Virus record (IMG/VR): IMGVR_UViG_3300025646_005482
Location: 1-64,000 of that record
Length of the DNA: 64,000 nucleotides
Reading direction: 5' to 3' (one strand)
From: a virus
The stretch's first letter is position 1. Each line of letters starts with the position of its first letter. Shown in pieces: positions 28,405 through 38,715 of this stretch. Under the pieces are notes generated by a model, which was not told where the DNA came from, made no database searches, and was given only the letters and a program-made list of their open reading frames with translations. Both the position numbers and the translations under genes were made by a program.

Positions 28405-29006
28405 ATTTTCCACTTGAAATTGAAAATTTTATTACCGAAGAAGAATGTAAAATTTTATTAGAATTTTCTCAAAAGACCGATCGTTGGTGGGAAAATAATG
28501 ACGAACGATGGAATCTGAGAAATATTTACTTATTTCAAATGCACGATGAAGATGGTCAATTCTTTGATGAAGAATACCAAAATGCATATTGGACAAAAGT
28601 GAATGTATGGGGTAGAGTCGAAGATTGGATCAGATCTTTTGATGGTCACTGTCAATTAGAAGCACCACAATTTACCAGATGGTTTCCTGGTGATTCTATT
28701 GATCCACCTCATGCAGATAATTGTGAACCAGATGGAACAGCAAATTATTCACCACATAGAGACTATGGATTCGTAATATATCTAAACGATGATTTTGAAG
28801 GCGGTGAATTATTTTATGCTGATCCTAATAATGGAATAGTTAAACCGAAAGCGCGTAGTCTTTGTGCACACACCGCTGGAATGGAAAATCAACACGGAGT
28901 AAAAATTTTAAAAAGTGGTATGAGATATACTACTGTTTCATTTGGAACAAGAAACGAAGGTTGGATAAAAGAAAATTACGGGAGTTTACTTCATGGATAC
29001 AGATAA
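28401..29006 (+). CDS. 2OG-Fe(II) oxygenase (prolyl 4-hydroxylase-like)
   Basis: PHADN (HxD), IYLNDDFEGGEL, HGV...G.RYT. Confidence 0.85.
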   Translation: MNFPLEIENFITEEECKILLEFSQKTDRWWENNDERWNLRNIYLFQMHDEDGQFFDEEYQNAYWTKVNVWGRVEDWIRSFDGHCQLEAPQFTRWFPGDSIDPPHADNCEPDGTANYSPHRDYGFVIYLNDDFEGGELFYADPNNGIVKPKARSLCAHTAGMENQHGVKILKSGMRYTTVSFGTRNEGWIKENYGSLLHGYR

Positions 29007-29304
29007 ACCTGCAATCAATTTAGAAGATTTTGATTTTGGTTTTAGTTTGGTCGATGCAGATCAACTCGATGCTGTACAGCAAGTAAGAACAGAATTGACT
29101 AGCACTGCCAGCGAAGTAGAAGCATGGCAAGCACAAGCGGAACAATGGAGACAAAAAGCACAGACCATATATGCTGCTGTGCAACCACTATTGACTAATC
29201 TCAGTAAAGAACCTGAGAAAGAATATATATTATGGCCAGGTACTGATCGTGTCACTAAGATCAATGCCTTTAAACTTAAATTAATGCAAATACTAGAGGA
29301 CTAG
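28993..29304 (+). CDS. conserved T4-like hypothetical protein
   Basis: FDFGFSLVD...PLLTNL..PEKEYILWP. Confidence 0.65.
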   Translation: MDTDKPAINLEDFDFGFSLVDADQLDAVQQVRTELTSTASEVEAWQAQAEQWRQKAQTIYAAVQPLLTNLSKEPEKEYILWPGTDRVTKINAFKLKLMQILED

Positions 29305-29306
29305 TT

Positions 29307-29705
29307 ATGAAATACTTAATGTTGCTACTTGTGGCCTTTACATCATTGGCTACCGCCCACACCATTACGTATGATAACGGAGATGTGTACACTGTCGCGG
29401 ACAATGAATATGTTTTTGTTTCTACTCAACCTAATCTGTGGTCTTATCATCCTTATTCTAAGTCGGTTCAATTCAAGAAAATTTGGCCTACTGAGAAAGT
29501 AGATCGACCAGAACCAACTCCTAACCCCAACCCTGTTGGTTCGCACGAGTGGTGTAAAGCACACGTGCCTTACGAGTTTGGTTACTCGTTTGCTGATCAG
29601 GCATGGGAACGTGCTTGTGACACGAACAACGACCGTACTTATGGTTGTGGTGACGAGAAGTTTGATGCATCTGACGACGCATCAGTATGTCCAGCTGGAT
29701 TCTAA
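29307..29705 (+). CDS. exported hypothetical protein
   Basis: Signal peptide ending ATA-H; GAGGA SD. Confidence 0.6.
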   Translation: MKYLMLLLVAFTSLATAHTITYDNGDVYTVADNEYVFVSTQPNLWSYHPYSKSVQFKKIWPTEKVDRPEPTPNPNPVGSHEWCKAHVPYEFGYSFADQAWERACDTNNDRTYGCGDEKFDASDDASVCPAGF

Positions 29706-30095
29706 ATGGCATACTCTAAGGAAGTATTAGACCATTATGATAACCCAAGAAACGTTGGAAAGCTTGATGCAACGGATGAAACCGTGGGAACAGGTTTGGT
29801 TGGCGCTCCGGCTTGCGGAGATGTCATGCAATTGCAAATACAAGTATCGGCCGACGGAATTATTGAAGACGCTCGATTCAAAACTTTTGGATGCGGATCC
29901 GCAATTGCATCAAGCTCTCTTCTCACAGAATGGGTCAAAGGTAAAAGTCTTGAGGAAGCTAATCAGATCAAGAATACTGAAATCGCTCAAGAACTCTCCC
30001 TTCCACCAGTAAAAATCCACTGCTCTGTGTTAGCAGAAGATGCTATCAAAGCTGCAATCCTAGATTATAAGAGCAAACACAATTTAGGAGAATAA
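29706..30095 (+). CDS. iscU: Fe-S cluster scaffold IscU
   Basis: MAYSKEVLDHYDNPRNVG, GAPACGDVM, FKTFGCGSAIASSS, LPPVKIHCS. Confidence 0.97.
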   Translation: MAYSKEVLDHYDNPRNVGKLDATDETVGTGLVGAPACGDVMQLQIQVSADGIIEDARFKTFGCGSAIASSSLLTEWVKGKSLEEANQIKNTEIAQELSLPPVKIHCSVLAEDAIKAAILDYKSKHNLGE

Positions 30096-30096
30096 C

Positions 30097-30948
30097 ATGC
30101 AGAGCTTTCCGATCAGTGTCATGGCACTGGCTATGGGTCTTATACTTTCTGCTGTTGCTGGCTACTTTTCGGTAGTCGGCATTGCTACTATCTTTGCGGG
30201 AGCTTTTTGGTCAGTCGTTATAATGGCCGGTGCCCTCGAAACCTCTAAACTTGTCGCAGCTTCATGGCTCTATCGAAATTGGTCGATAGCACCATGGTTG
30301 ATGCGCATATATATGTTTATAGCCGTTGTTGTTTTGATCGTCATTACTTCAATGGGTATTTTTGGTTATTTGTCCAAAGCTCATGTTGATCAGACGGTTT
30401 TGGAAGGAGGAAACAATGACATCAGAATTGAATCGTTACAACGCAGAATCGACCGCCAAAATAGTATCATCAGTGATTCGACAATTGTCTTGGGGCAACT
30501 TGACGAGGCGGTATCCATTCTACAGAAATACGATAGAATACGGGGACCTGAAGGTGCGATTGCAGTTAGGGCCTCTCAGTCCGAGGAAAGGGCGACGCTC
30601 AACGAAACAATCTCTGATGCGTACGATACTATCGACGAACTCACCGAAGAAATCCTCCCGCTCCGCAGACAATCTATTGAACTTGAGGCGGAAATTGGCC
30701 CACTCAAGTATATCGCTGAGCTAATTTATGGGGACACAGCTGCAGATCATTTCGACACAGCTGTTCGCTGGATTATTATCCTTCTTGTGGTGGTATTCGA
30801 TCCTCTCGCTATTTGTCTGTTACTTGCAGGCAACGCAGGGTTGATGCATCGCAAACAGATTAGTTATTTGACTGAGGAAGAAGTAATGAAAGATGTAGAG
30901 ATTATGGCAAATATCAATATCGATGGCCATGGCAGAGACGGCAACTGA
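30097..30948 (+). CDS. membrane protein with central coiled coil
   Basis: Three N-terminal TM segments, ITSMGIFGYLSKAH, EAEIGPLKYIAE, VFDPLA. Confidence 0.7.
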   Translation: MQSFPISVMALAMGLILSAVAGYFSVVGIATIFAGAFWSVVIMAGALETSKLVAASWLYRNWSIAPWLMRIYMFIAVVVLIVITSMGIFGYLSKAHVDQTVLEGGNNDIRIESLQRRIDRQNSIISDSTIVLGQLDEAVSILQKYDRIRGPEGAIAVRASQSEERATLNETISDAYDTIDELTEEILPLRRQSIELEAEIGPLKYIAELIYGDTAADHFDTAVRWIIILLVVVFDPLAICLLLAGNAGLMHRKQISYLTEEEVMKDVEIMANINIDGHGRDGN

Positions 30949-31433
30949 TGCTTCTCATATCTCATCGCGGTAATATTTCAGGTTCTGATCCAGGATTAGA
31001 GAATAATCCTGACCATATCGATCGTATCATTGTCGGTATGGAAATGAATGTCGAAGTTGATCTATTTGTTTTTGATCAACAAGAGATGTATCTTGGTCAT
31101 GATAGTCCTCAATATGGCATCGATCTCAAGTGGTTGCATACAAGACGAAACAAGTTGTGGATACATTGTAAAAATATAGAAGCTCTCGTTTATATGCATA
31201 ATCTTCCTGTGATGCACGAATTCAATTATTTTTGGCATCAGACGGATAGCTATACACTCACGTCGAAAGGATATATTTGGGCATATCCAGGTTGTGAGGT
31301 ACACTTGCCAAGTAGAGCAATTGCTGTAATGCCAGAAGAAAGTAAAACAAACCTCAGACCATTTTATGGAATTTGTACTGATTACCCAGAAAGGTATCTC
31401 GTGAATGATAAAGCTCGTACTGTTCGATCTTGA
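30948..31433 (+). CDS. glycerophosphodiester phosphodiesterase (GDPD)-like protein
   Basis: LISHRGN, VEVDL, YLGHD, WIHCKN, GICTDY. Confidence 0.75.
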   Translation: MLLISHRGNISGSDPGLENNPDHIDRIIVGMEMNVEVDLFVFDQQEMYLGHDSPQYGIDLKWLHTRRNKLWIHCKNIEALVYMHNLPVMHEFNYFWHQTDSYTLTSKGYIWAYPGCEVHLPSRAIAVMPEESKTNLRPFYGICTDYPERYLVNDKARTVRS

Positions 31434-32754
31434 TGGCGTACTGATCAACGCTAAACAAATTCACTTCGAATGTCTTAACATGGCCCTCGCAGAATATGAC
31501 GAGGCCTTTGTCATATCTGAAGAAGATCATCTTAAAATATACGATGGTCATAAGACTCAACAAAAGCTTGAGATGTTGACAAATAACAAGGGCCTGCCTG
31601 CTTCAGCACATCAAAAAATATTCAAAGCTAAACAGGAATACACGTCAAAAAGGATAGGTCAATTAGGTGCATTGCAACACGTGTATGATCTCGTATCGCA
31701 TCTCAGATCATTAGGATATAAAACTGGTGTATGTACTAATTCTGTACGTACATCTATGCATGCAGCTTTAAGTGCTGCTGGATTATTTGGTAAGATGGAC
31801 GTGATGCTAGCAAATGAACACGTTGAGAATGCCAAACCTCACCCCGAATTGTACTGGCAAGCTATGTCTAGAATAGGTGTTTTGCCAGAAGAAACGATAA
31901 TTATCGAAGATTCTCCTCCTGGTTTATTAGCCGCTAAAAGATCGGGTGCAAATGTCATTCGCGTCAAAGATCCGAGTGAAGTCACTATCGATAACATCAT
32001 GCCTCAAATTAATTCTGAACCAATCAGATTGAAATGGAAAGATCCTAAATTGAATGTGTTAATTCCGATGGCAGGAGCTGGCACAAGATTTAAAGAAGCA
32101 GGTTATTCATTTCCTAAACCTTTGATAGATGTTGAAGGCAAACCAATGATTCAATTGGTTGTAGAAAATATTGGTATGGATGCAAACTACATCTATGTTT
32201 GTCAAGAAGAGCATCGAGAAAGATTCAATTTAGATACTATGATGAATATGATGACATCTAATAATGCCATCGTTAGTATCGATAGAATCACAGAGGGCGC
32301 TGCCTGCACAGCATTGCTAGCAGCTGACTATATAGATAATGATAATCCGTTATTTTTTGCCAACAGCGACCAATATGTAGAATGGGATCCAGTCGAATTC
32401 ATGTATATGATGCAAGAAAAGGACTGTGATGGTGGCATAGTTACGTTCAAGGCTACACATCCAAAATGGTCATTCGCAGACATAGATGAGAATGGATATG
32501 TACAACGCGTAGCAGAAAAAGATCCTATCAGTGATGACGCTACCGTCGGTTTTTATTATTGGAAAAAAGGCAGAGACTTTGTCAAGTACGCTAGACAAAT
32601 GATCGAAGCTAATTTCAGGACAAACGGTGAATTTTATGTGTGTCCTGTTTTTAATATGGCGATCAACGACGGTAAACGAATTAAGGCATATCACGTCGAT
32701 GAGATGTGGGGATTAGGTACACCAGAAGATTTAGAAAGATATTTAAACCGATGA
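31405..32754 (+). CDS. HAD phosphatase fused to a sugar nucleotidyltransferase
   Basis: N-terminal FDLDGVL...KPHPE...IEDS; C-terminal IPMAGAGTRF...PKPLIDV, TEGAACT, NSDQ, GLGTPEDL. Confidence 0.88.
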   Translation: MIKLVLFDLDGVLINAKQIHFECLNMALAEYDEAFVISEEDHLKIYDGHKTQQKLEMLTNNKGLPASAHQKIFKAKQEYTSKRIGQLGALQHVYDLVSHLRSLGYKTGVCTNSVRTSMHAALSAAGLFGKMDVMLANEHVENAKPHPELYWQAMSRIGVLPEETIIIEDSPPGLLAAKRSGANVIRVKDPSEVTIDNIMPQINSEPIRLKWKDPKLNVLIPMAGAGTRFKEAGYSFPKPLIDVEGKPMIQLVVENIGMDANYIYVCQEEHRERFNLDTMMNMMTSNNAIVSIDRITEGAACTALLAADYIDNDNPLFFANSDQYVEWDPVEFMYMMQEKDCDGGIVTFKATHPKWSFADIDENGYVQRVAEKDPISDDATVGFYYWKKGRDFVKYARQMIEANFRTNGEFYVCPVFNMAINDGKRIKAYHVDEMWGLGTPEDLERYLNR

Positions 32755-33452
32755 AAGTAGCTGTGATATTTTCGGGTCTGATCAGATCTCATAAAAATTT
32801 ACATGAACATTCAATAGCAAAAATGAACGCGTTGTTTCCAAACGCAGACTTCTTCTATACAACATGGAAAGGTTACGAAGAATATGATTGGATGACTTCA
32901 TATTATGAAGAGCCGAAATTAATTTATAATGCTGACATCAAATTTATTAAACACAGTATAAAAGAATTTCGTAAAATTAGAGATCAGTTAGATCACCCTG
33001 ATTATGCAAAATATAAAAATCGTGTCAAATTCTGGAGAAAAGGTAGAAATCTCATCAAACAACATTTGGGGTATACACTAGCATTTGAAGAGCACGTGAC
33101 TAATCATGATATTGCTATCCGAGTTCGTTATGACTTGAAATGGTCAGATGATATTACTTTCGAAGATATGGATCAAGCATGTGAATTTGTTTATTTGTCA
33201 GAAAGACCATTGGGCATAGGAAACATTGAAACACCTCAGACAAAACCAGGACAAATTTGTTTGTGTGATACATCTAGTATACTCGGCGATTTTATGATTA
33301 TACACAGAGCCGATAAATTTAATCCGCAATATGTATGGGATTTATATAAAAACAAAAAATTAGGAACTGCTGAGCATGGATGGTGGCAGATTTTAGCAGA
33401 ACCATATTATAAAGAAGTGTATAATGGTGATCACATGTGGTGTACTATATGA
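32751..33452 (+). CDS. putative glycan-biosynthesis protein, paralog 1
   Basis: KVAVIFSGLIR...FYTTW...IRVRYDL...DFMIIHRADKF. Confidence 0.55.
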   Translation: MKVAVIFSGLIRSHKNLHEHSIAKMNALFPNADFFYTTWKGYEEYDWMTSYYEEPKLIYNADIKFIKHSIKEFRKIRDQLDHPDYAKYKNRVKFWRKGRNLIKQHLGYTLAFEEHVTNHDIAIRVRYDLKWSDDITFEDMDQACEFVYLSERPLGIGNIETPQTKPGQICLCDTSSILGDFMIIHRADKFNPQYVWDLYKNKKLGTAEHGWWQILAEPYYKEVYNGDHMWCTI

Positions 33453-34375
33453 AGATAGCAGTATGTTTTTCTGGACTGTTCAGAGACAATTATCAAGAGT
33501 GTATAGAAAAAATTAATTGGGTTTTTAGTGATCTCGATGCAGATTTTTTCTATGCTACATGGAAACAACAATACGGGCCAGATAGTACTGAATTATCTCC
33601 TGTAAGAAAAAGCTTTATCACTAAGTATTACGACTATCCTAAAAGACGATATCACTCTGCTATGGGTGATGTGAACCACCATATTAAAGCATGGAGATAC
33701 TACGAAAAAAATAACTGGGATCATTCATTATTGCCAACTCGTATGAAAAATAGATCTATCGAATCTATCAAAAAAGAGATGCTTATAAACATCACAACGA
33801 CAAGACGCAGAAGTTTACAAAACTTTCAACATTATGCTCATGCTTTAGTAGTCGATGATTTTGTCGATCCAAATAAATATGACCTCATCGTAAGAGTTCG
33901 TTATGATTTATTCGTTTATTCAGATCTTAAATACCACATCAAAGATTTTTGCGAACAGGTTTTAGAATACGGCGCGCCATACGGGTTTTATACATTCAAT
34001 GATTATAATACGATGGATGAGTTTTTAAATCCTACTAGAACAGTAACACAATGTATCTCACTTGATTGTCATGACTTCATGATTATTCATAGAGCCGATA
34101 TGTTTGATCCTAAACTCGTTTATAATTTTTATGATAGGAAAATATTACGGCCCGCCGAATCAGGTTGGTATCAGGTTCTCTGTGAACCATATAAAATATT
34201 CGCTGGTAAAGTAAACGGATTTGTTAGAATGTGTAGACAACACAGTGATCAAAACCAAGTCTTCAAAAAGTACGAAGAAGTGGCGAAGAAAGGTCTAGCA
34301 GCCGAAACTCGCTTCTTTAAGCATAATAACCCCGAAACAATGGGTGTAGTCGTTGACGATTTACGTACAGAATAG
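33449..34375 (+). CDS. putative glycan-biosynthesis protein, paralog 2
   Basis: KIAVCFSGLFR...FYATW...VRVRYDL...DFMIIHRADMF. Confidence 0.55.
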   Translation: MKIAVCFSGLFRDNYQECIEKINWVFSDLDADFFYATWKQQYGPDSTELSPVRKSFITKYYDYPKRRYHSAMGDVNHHIKAWRYYEKNNWDHSLLPTRMKNRSIESIKKEMLINITTTRRRSLQNFQHYAHALVVDDFVDPNKYDLIVRVRYDLFVYSDLKYHIKDFCEQVLEYGAPYGFYTFNDYNTMDEFLNPTRTVTQCISLDCHDFMIIHRADMFDPKLVYNFYDRKILRPAESGWYQVLCEPYKIFAGKVNGFVRMCRQHSDQNQVFKKYEEVAKKGLAAETRFFKHNNPETMGVVVDDLRTE

Positions 34376-34377
34376 CA

Positions 34378-34406
34378 TTTACAAAATATCTTTTTTGCGG
34401 TAGAAT
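34378..34406 (+). promoter_or_regulatory. early promoter of uvsX
   Basis: TTTACA-17 nt-TAGAAT. Confidence 0.65.
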
Positions 34407-34433
34407 AGGACAGTGAAAAGTATAGGAGTTCAC

Positions 34434-35501
34434 ATGTCAATTTTATCTAAGTTACAAAAGAATTCAACCATCAAGGATACGGCTATCCTTTCTGAATCAA
34501 AGTTCTTCACGAAGAAGGACATGATTCCTACATCAATTCCTATCATCAACCTCGCCCTCAGTGGTCGGCTAGATGGTGGTCTCACACCTGGTCTCACGAT
34601 GTGGGCAGGTCCCAGCAAACACTTTAAAACTGCTTTCAGCCTTCTCATGGCAAAAGCATACTTGGAGAAATACGAAGAAGCCGCGCTTCTTTTTTATGAC
34701 TCAGAGTTTGGTACGCCGCAAAGTTATTTTACTGCTTTCGGTATTCCTATGGATCGTGTTCTGCATACTCCTGTTACAGATGTCGAGCAACTCAAGTTCG
34801 ATATCATGAAGCAACTCGATAACATTGATCGCGGCGATAAGGTCATCATCATTGTCGATTCTATCGGTAACCTCGCTTCGAAGAAAGAAGTTGAGGATGC
34901 ACTCAACGAGAAAGCTGTTGCAGACATGTCACGTGCTAAACAGATCAAGTCATTGTTCCGTATGGTCACACCACATCTCACCCTCAAAGATATTCCGATG
35001 GTCGTCGTGAACCATACTTACAAAGAAATGGCTCTGTTCCCGAAAGATATCGTTGGTGGTGGTACAGGTTCATACTACTCCGCTGACAACATCTACATCA
35101 TCGGTCGCCAACAAGAGAAAGAAGGCAAAGATGTGGTTGGTTATAACTTCATCATCAATGTGGAGAAATCACGCTATGTTAAAGAAAAGTCTAAGATACC
35201 TGTCACGGTTACTCATAGTGGGGGTATTAGTCGTTGGAGTGGTCTCTTGGACATTGCACTCACGGGAGGATTCGTTGTCAAACCAAGTAATGGCTGGTAC
35301 GCGAGGGTAGATCTTGAAACTGGTGCTGCCGAAGACAAGAAGTTCAGACTCAAAGAAACAGATAGCAAAGATTTTTGGTTGCCAATCGTGACGTCTGAGA
35401 AGTTCAATGAATATATAAAGCAGACATATCAGGTGGGTCACTCCGCTATTATCACAGAAGAAGAGATAGATGACTTCCTCGAAGATACAGTCACTGCATA
35501 A
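34434..35501 (+). CDS. uvsX: RecA-like recombinase UvsX
   Basis: AGPSKHFKT, FYDSEFG, DSIGNLASKKE, DMSRAK, GGGTGSYYSAD. Confidence 0.96.
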   Translation: MSILSKLQKNSTIKDTAILSESKFFTKKDMIPTSIPIINLALSGRLDGGLTPGLTMWAGPSKHFKTAFSLLMAKAYLEKYEEAALLFYDSEFGTPQSYFTAFGIPMDRVLHTPVTDVEQLKFDIMKQLDNIDRGDKVIIIVDSIGNLASKKEVEDALNEKAVADMSRAKQIKSLFRMVTPHLTLKDIPMVVVNHTYKEMALFPKDIVGGGTGSYYSADNIYIIGRQQEKEGKDVVGYNFIINVEKSRYVKEKSKIPVTVTHSGGISRWSGLLDIALTGGFVVKPSNGWYARVDLETGAAEDKKFRLKETDSKDFWLPIVTSEKFNEYIKQTYQVGHSAIITEEEIDDFLEDTVTA

Positions 35502-36126
35502 TGAAATAGACAATCTGTTACCTGCATGTAGGTCAGATTTTAAAGAATACAGACCGCATGAATTTATCGAGAATGATGGCGAAAATTGTATTTTACCAAA
35601 TGAATACATTCGTCTATGTCCATGGGAAGCTCGTTATTTGTCGACTGTTGCAAACAGTGCAAAACATGGTATAGTAGAGATAGGCAGATATTACGGTGGA
35701 AGCACGTTAGTTCTTGCTCAGTCAGCAAAAGAACATGTCATTATACATAGCTTTGATAATGAACCTCAAAATGATGATGAGCTAGCTAGTTTTATTGATA
35801 GACTAGGCTACAAAAATATCAATCTCTATGTACACGATTCAACTGATCCAGGTCCCAGTCGCTTTATAGATTATGATTTATTGTTTATTGACGGTGATCA
35901 TACATACGATGGTGTGTACAAAGATCTGGAAGCGTGGTATGATAACCTAATGATTGGTGGTCATGTACTATTTCATGATTGCTATGTTGGTTACTATATA
36001 CAAGAAGCGATAATGGACTTTACGCTCGGACGTAATGTACAATTCTATACATCACCATTCAAAAGTATACAATATTGGTCAAATGATAGTGGTAGTATTT
36101 GCCACTTCAGAAAGCTAGGAGACTAA
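35470..36126 (+). CDS. class I SAM-dependent methyltransferase (Methyltransf_24-like)
   Basis: IVEIGRYYGGST, DLLFIDGDHTYDGV, GGHVLFHD. Confidence 0.85.
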   Translation: MTSSKIQSLHNEIDNLLPACRSDFKEYRPHEFIENDGENCILPNEYIRLCPWEARYLSTVANSAKHGIVEIGRYYGGSTLVLAQSAKEHVIIHSFDNEPQNDDELASFIDRLGYKNINLYVHDSTDPGPSRFIDYDLLFIDGDHTYDGVYKDLEAWYDNLMIGGHVLFHDCYVGYYIQEAIMDFTLGRNVQFYTSPFKSIQYWSNDSGSICHFRKLGD

Positions 36127-37527
36127 ATGTCCGATATCTCTATTGAAAATTTGATTCTTAGTAATCTATTATATGATGAAAACTACATTCGTAGTGTTTT
36201 ACCATTTCTCAAAGAAGAATACTTTGTCAACCACGAACAACGTATCACATTCAATCTCGTAAACAAATACTTTACAAAGTACAATGCATGTCCATCTCGT
36301 GAAGCGCTGAAGATCGAGGTGGATGAGTTGTCTCTCAATACAGATACTCATGCAGCCTGTGTAAAATTTATCGCATCACTCAGTAAAGTGGAGGCTGATA
36401 ATGAGTGGCTGTTGAAGCAGACAGAGAAGTATTGTCAAGACAAAGCAATCTACAACGCCATTATGGAATCGATTCAGGTGATCGATGGGAAGACAGACAA
36501 AGACAAAGGTGCATTACCTCAGATCTTGTCTGATGCACTCGCTGTCTCTTTCGATACTCATATCGGCCACGATTTCCTCGAAGACTTCGAATCACGATAC
36601 GACTTCTATCACAAGAAAGTAGAACGTCAACCATTCGACCTCGATTACTTCAATCGTATTACTCGTGGTGGTATTCCTCGCAAAACACTCAACGTTATCC
36701 TCGCTGGTACTGGTGTAGGTAAGACACTGATGATGTGTCACTTCGCTGCATCGAATCTCATGCAAGGTAAGAACGTATTGTATGTCACCTTAGAAATGGC
36801 CGAAGAGAGGATCGCAGAACGTATCGATGCAAATCTGATGGGCGTACCACTCAATGATCTTGCTACGTATCCAAAAGAAACGTACGAGACCAAACTCAAT
36901 CGTGTCAAAGGCAAGACAGCAGGTAAACTGATCATCAAAGAATATCCTACTGCCTCTGTTGGTAGTGGTCACCTTCGACATCTACTCAATGAATTAAAGT
37001 TGAAGAAGAACTTTATACCTGACATCATATACATCGATTATCTCAATCTATGTGTGTCATCACGCATCCGAATGGGTGCCAATGTCAACACATACTCATA
37101 TGTCAAGGCAATTGCCGAAGAACTAAGAGGACTAGCAGTTGAATTCAACCTACCGATCTTCACAGCAACGCAGACTAATCGAACAGGGTTCACGTCGTCG
37201 GATGTGGGCCTCGAAGACACTAGCGAGTCCTTTGGATTGCCCGCTACTGCAGATTTTATGTTTGCCGCCATCTCTAACGAAGAGCTTGAGAGCCTCGGTC
37301 AACTCCTCATTAAACAGCTCAAGAATCGTTACAACGACCCCGGTCTCCATCGTCGATTTGTCGTCGGTGTCGATAGATCAAGAATGAAGTTGTACGATGT
37401 AGAACAGAAAGCACAAGCTAATGTTGGACCTGACATCGCTGACAAGCCAGTCATGGACAACACAGAGTTTGGTGAAGGTCTGCGCAGAGAACGCGTTGAC
37501 AAAACTATATTTGAAAGTTGGAAATAA
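36127..37527 (+). CDS. gp41: replicative DNA helicase
   Basis: AGTGVGKT, YVTLEMAEE, IDYLN, TATQTNR, SESFGLPATAD, KQLKNRY. Confidence 0.97.
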   Translation: MSDISIENLILSNLLYDENYIRSVLPFLKEEYFVNHEQRITFNLVNKYFTKYNACPSREALKIEVDELSLNTDTHAACVKFIASLSKVEADNEWLLKQTEKYCQDKAIYNAIMESIQVIDGKTDKDKGALPQILSDALAVSFDTHIGHDFLEDFESRYDFYHKKVERQPFDLDYFNRITRGGIPRKTLNVILAGTGVGKTLMMCHFAASNLMQGKNVLYVTLEMAEERIAERIDANLMGVPLNDLATYPKETYETKLNRVKGKTAGKLIIKEYPTASVGSGHLRHLLNELKLKKNFIPDIIYIDYLNLCVSSRIRMGANVNTYSYVKAIAEELRGLAVEFNLPIFTATQTNRTGFTSSDVGLEDTSESFGLPATADFMFAAISNEELESLGQLLIKQLKNRYNDPGLHRRFVVGVDRSRMKLYDVEQKAQANVGPDIADKPVMDNTEFGEGLRRERVDKTIFESWK

Positions 37528-37528
37528 T

Positions 37529-38239
37529 ATGTACAATATGTTCATTCATCCATATAAGACAGGTGGCATCACTGTTTGGAGAAATATTATCGGTGAGAAG
37601 TTAACAGTAGAAAATGCATATCGTTCTGCTGGTCTCTGTGGAGAATGGCATCATTTTTATCTTACTCATCCTCAACAACAAAACTATAATAAATTCTATG
37701 AGTCAGACGGTAAATGTGTAGTTACAATTCGTGATCCAATCGAACAACTAATTTCTGCATACAATTATCAAAGATATAATATGGTTGTATTAGAAAAAAT
37801 AGGGTTTTCTGGACTTACAACTTATGGTATGCTCACTGAACGAATTGCTACTGATTCGATAAACAGTTTAAGACAAAATTTGACTGATCTTTATCCTGAT
37901 TTTAATCCAAAGGAAAATCAAATAGATGAACTTGCTAAGCGAGGTATTTTGGATTTTTATCCTAAACGGTATCAGTATCCAGAGTTATTAGCTAATTTAT
38001 TTGAGAATGTCGACATCAATGACATCGTTGTCTTAGAACAAGAAAAGCTGTTTGAAGACATGGAATTCAAATTAGGTATAGAATTACAGGAGAATGAAAA
38101 TATCATCAATTACTCTACTGCTGTTGAGATTGTGACTGAACTGTCAGATGAGTGTGAAGAGATGTTGCGTGATTATTTGAATATACACTATGAATGGTAC
38201 AATCAATTTAAATACGGCGACCTATATGAAGCGAGTTAA
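37529..38239 (+). CDS. sulfotransferase-like protein
   Basis: FIHPYKTGGITV and IRDPIEQLISAYNY. Confidence 0.6.
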   Translation: MYNMFIHPYKTGGITVWRNIIGEKLTVENAYRSAGLCGEWHHFYLTHPQQQNYNKFYESDGKCVVTIRDPIEQLISAYNYQRYNMVVLEKIGFSGLTTYGMLTERIATDSINSLRQNLTDLYPDFNPKENQIDELAKRGILDFYPKRYQYPELLANLFENVDINDIVVLEQEKLFEDMEFKLGIELQENENIINYSTAVEIVTELSDECEEMLRDYLNIHYEWYNQFKYGDLYEAS

Positions 38240-38399
38240 ATTTAAACATTGGAAAGATGACAGAGAACTAGTCGAAGTAGGCGAATTACCACCTGCTTTA
38301 AACAATCCGCAGTCTGAAAAGTACGTACTACAGACACCACGCGGTGAATTTGTTGATATTCGTAAAGAGACAGTTGTGGAGATAACAGATGTCGATTGA
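38226..38399 (+). CDS. hypothetical protein
   Basis: 57-aa ORF overlapping both neighbours. Confidence 0.5.
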   Translation: MKRVKFKHWKDDRELVEVGELPPALNNPQSEKYVLQTPRGEFVDIRKETVVEITDVD

Positions 38400-38715
38400 T
38401 TACAAATTTAATGAAGAAGTATTGGTGAATGAGTTAGCTGATTACATCGACTCTACGTATGATCAGCACTATTCTAAGGGCAAGTTTCAAGCCACAGAGT
38501 TCATCATTGACGGTGGACACGGTGAAGGATTCTGCCTCGGAAACATCCTCAAGTACACACAGCGATACGGCCAGAAAGATGGCAAGAATCGTAAGGATCT
38601 ACTGAAGGTCCTACACTACGCTATCATAGCTCTCCATGTGCACGACCAGGAGCAGCAGGAATCTGCTGACTGGCGTACAAAGATGGTCATAGAATCAAAT
38701 GATCTAAAAATGTAA
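38389..38715 (+). CDS. DUF3310-like protein (putative nucleotide kinase, T7 gp1.7-like)
   Basis: QHYS...GFCLGNILKYTQRYGQKDG...DLLKVLHY. Confidence 0.7.
   Translation: MSIDYKFNEEVLVNELADYIDSTYDQHYSKGKFQATEFIIDGGHGEGFCLGNILKYTQRYGQKDGKNRKDLLKVLHYAIIALHVHDQEQQESADWRTKMVIESNDLKM

Noticed and set aside
15749-30095. Host chromosomal contamination (aceA, TBDR, hsp20, iscU)
   Set aside because: Each gene stands alone, abuts or overlaps phage-type genes or phage promoters, and lacks its usual bacterial operon neighbours.
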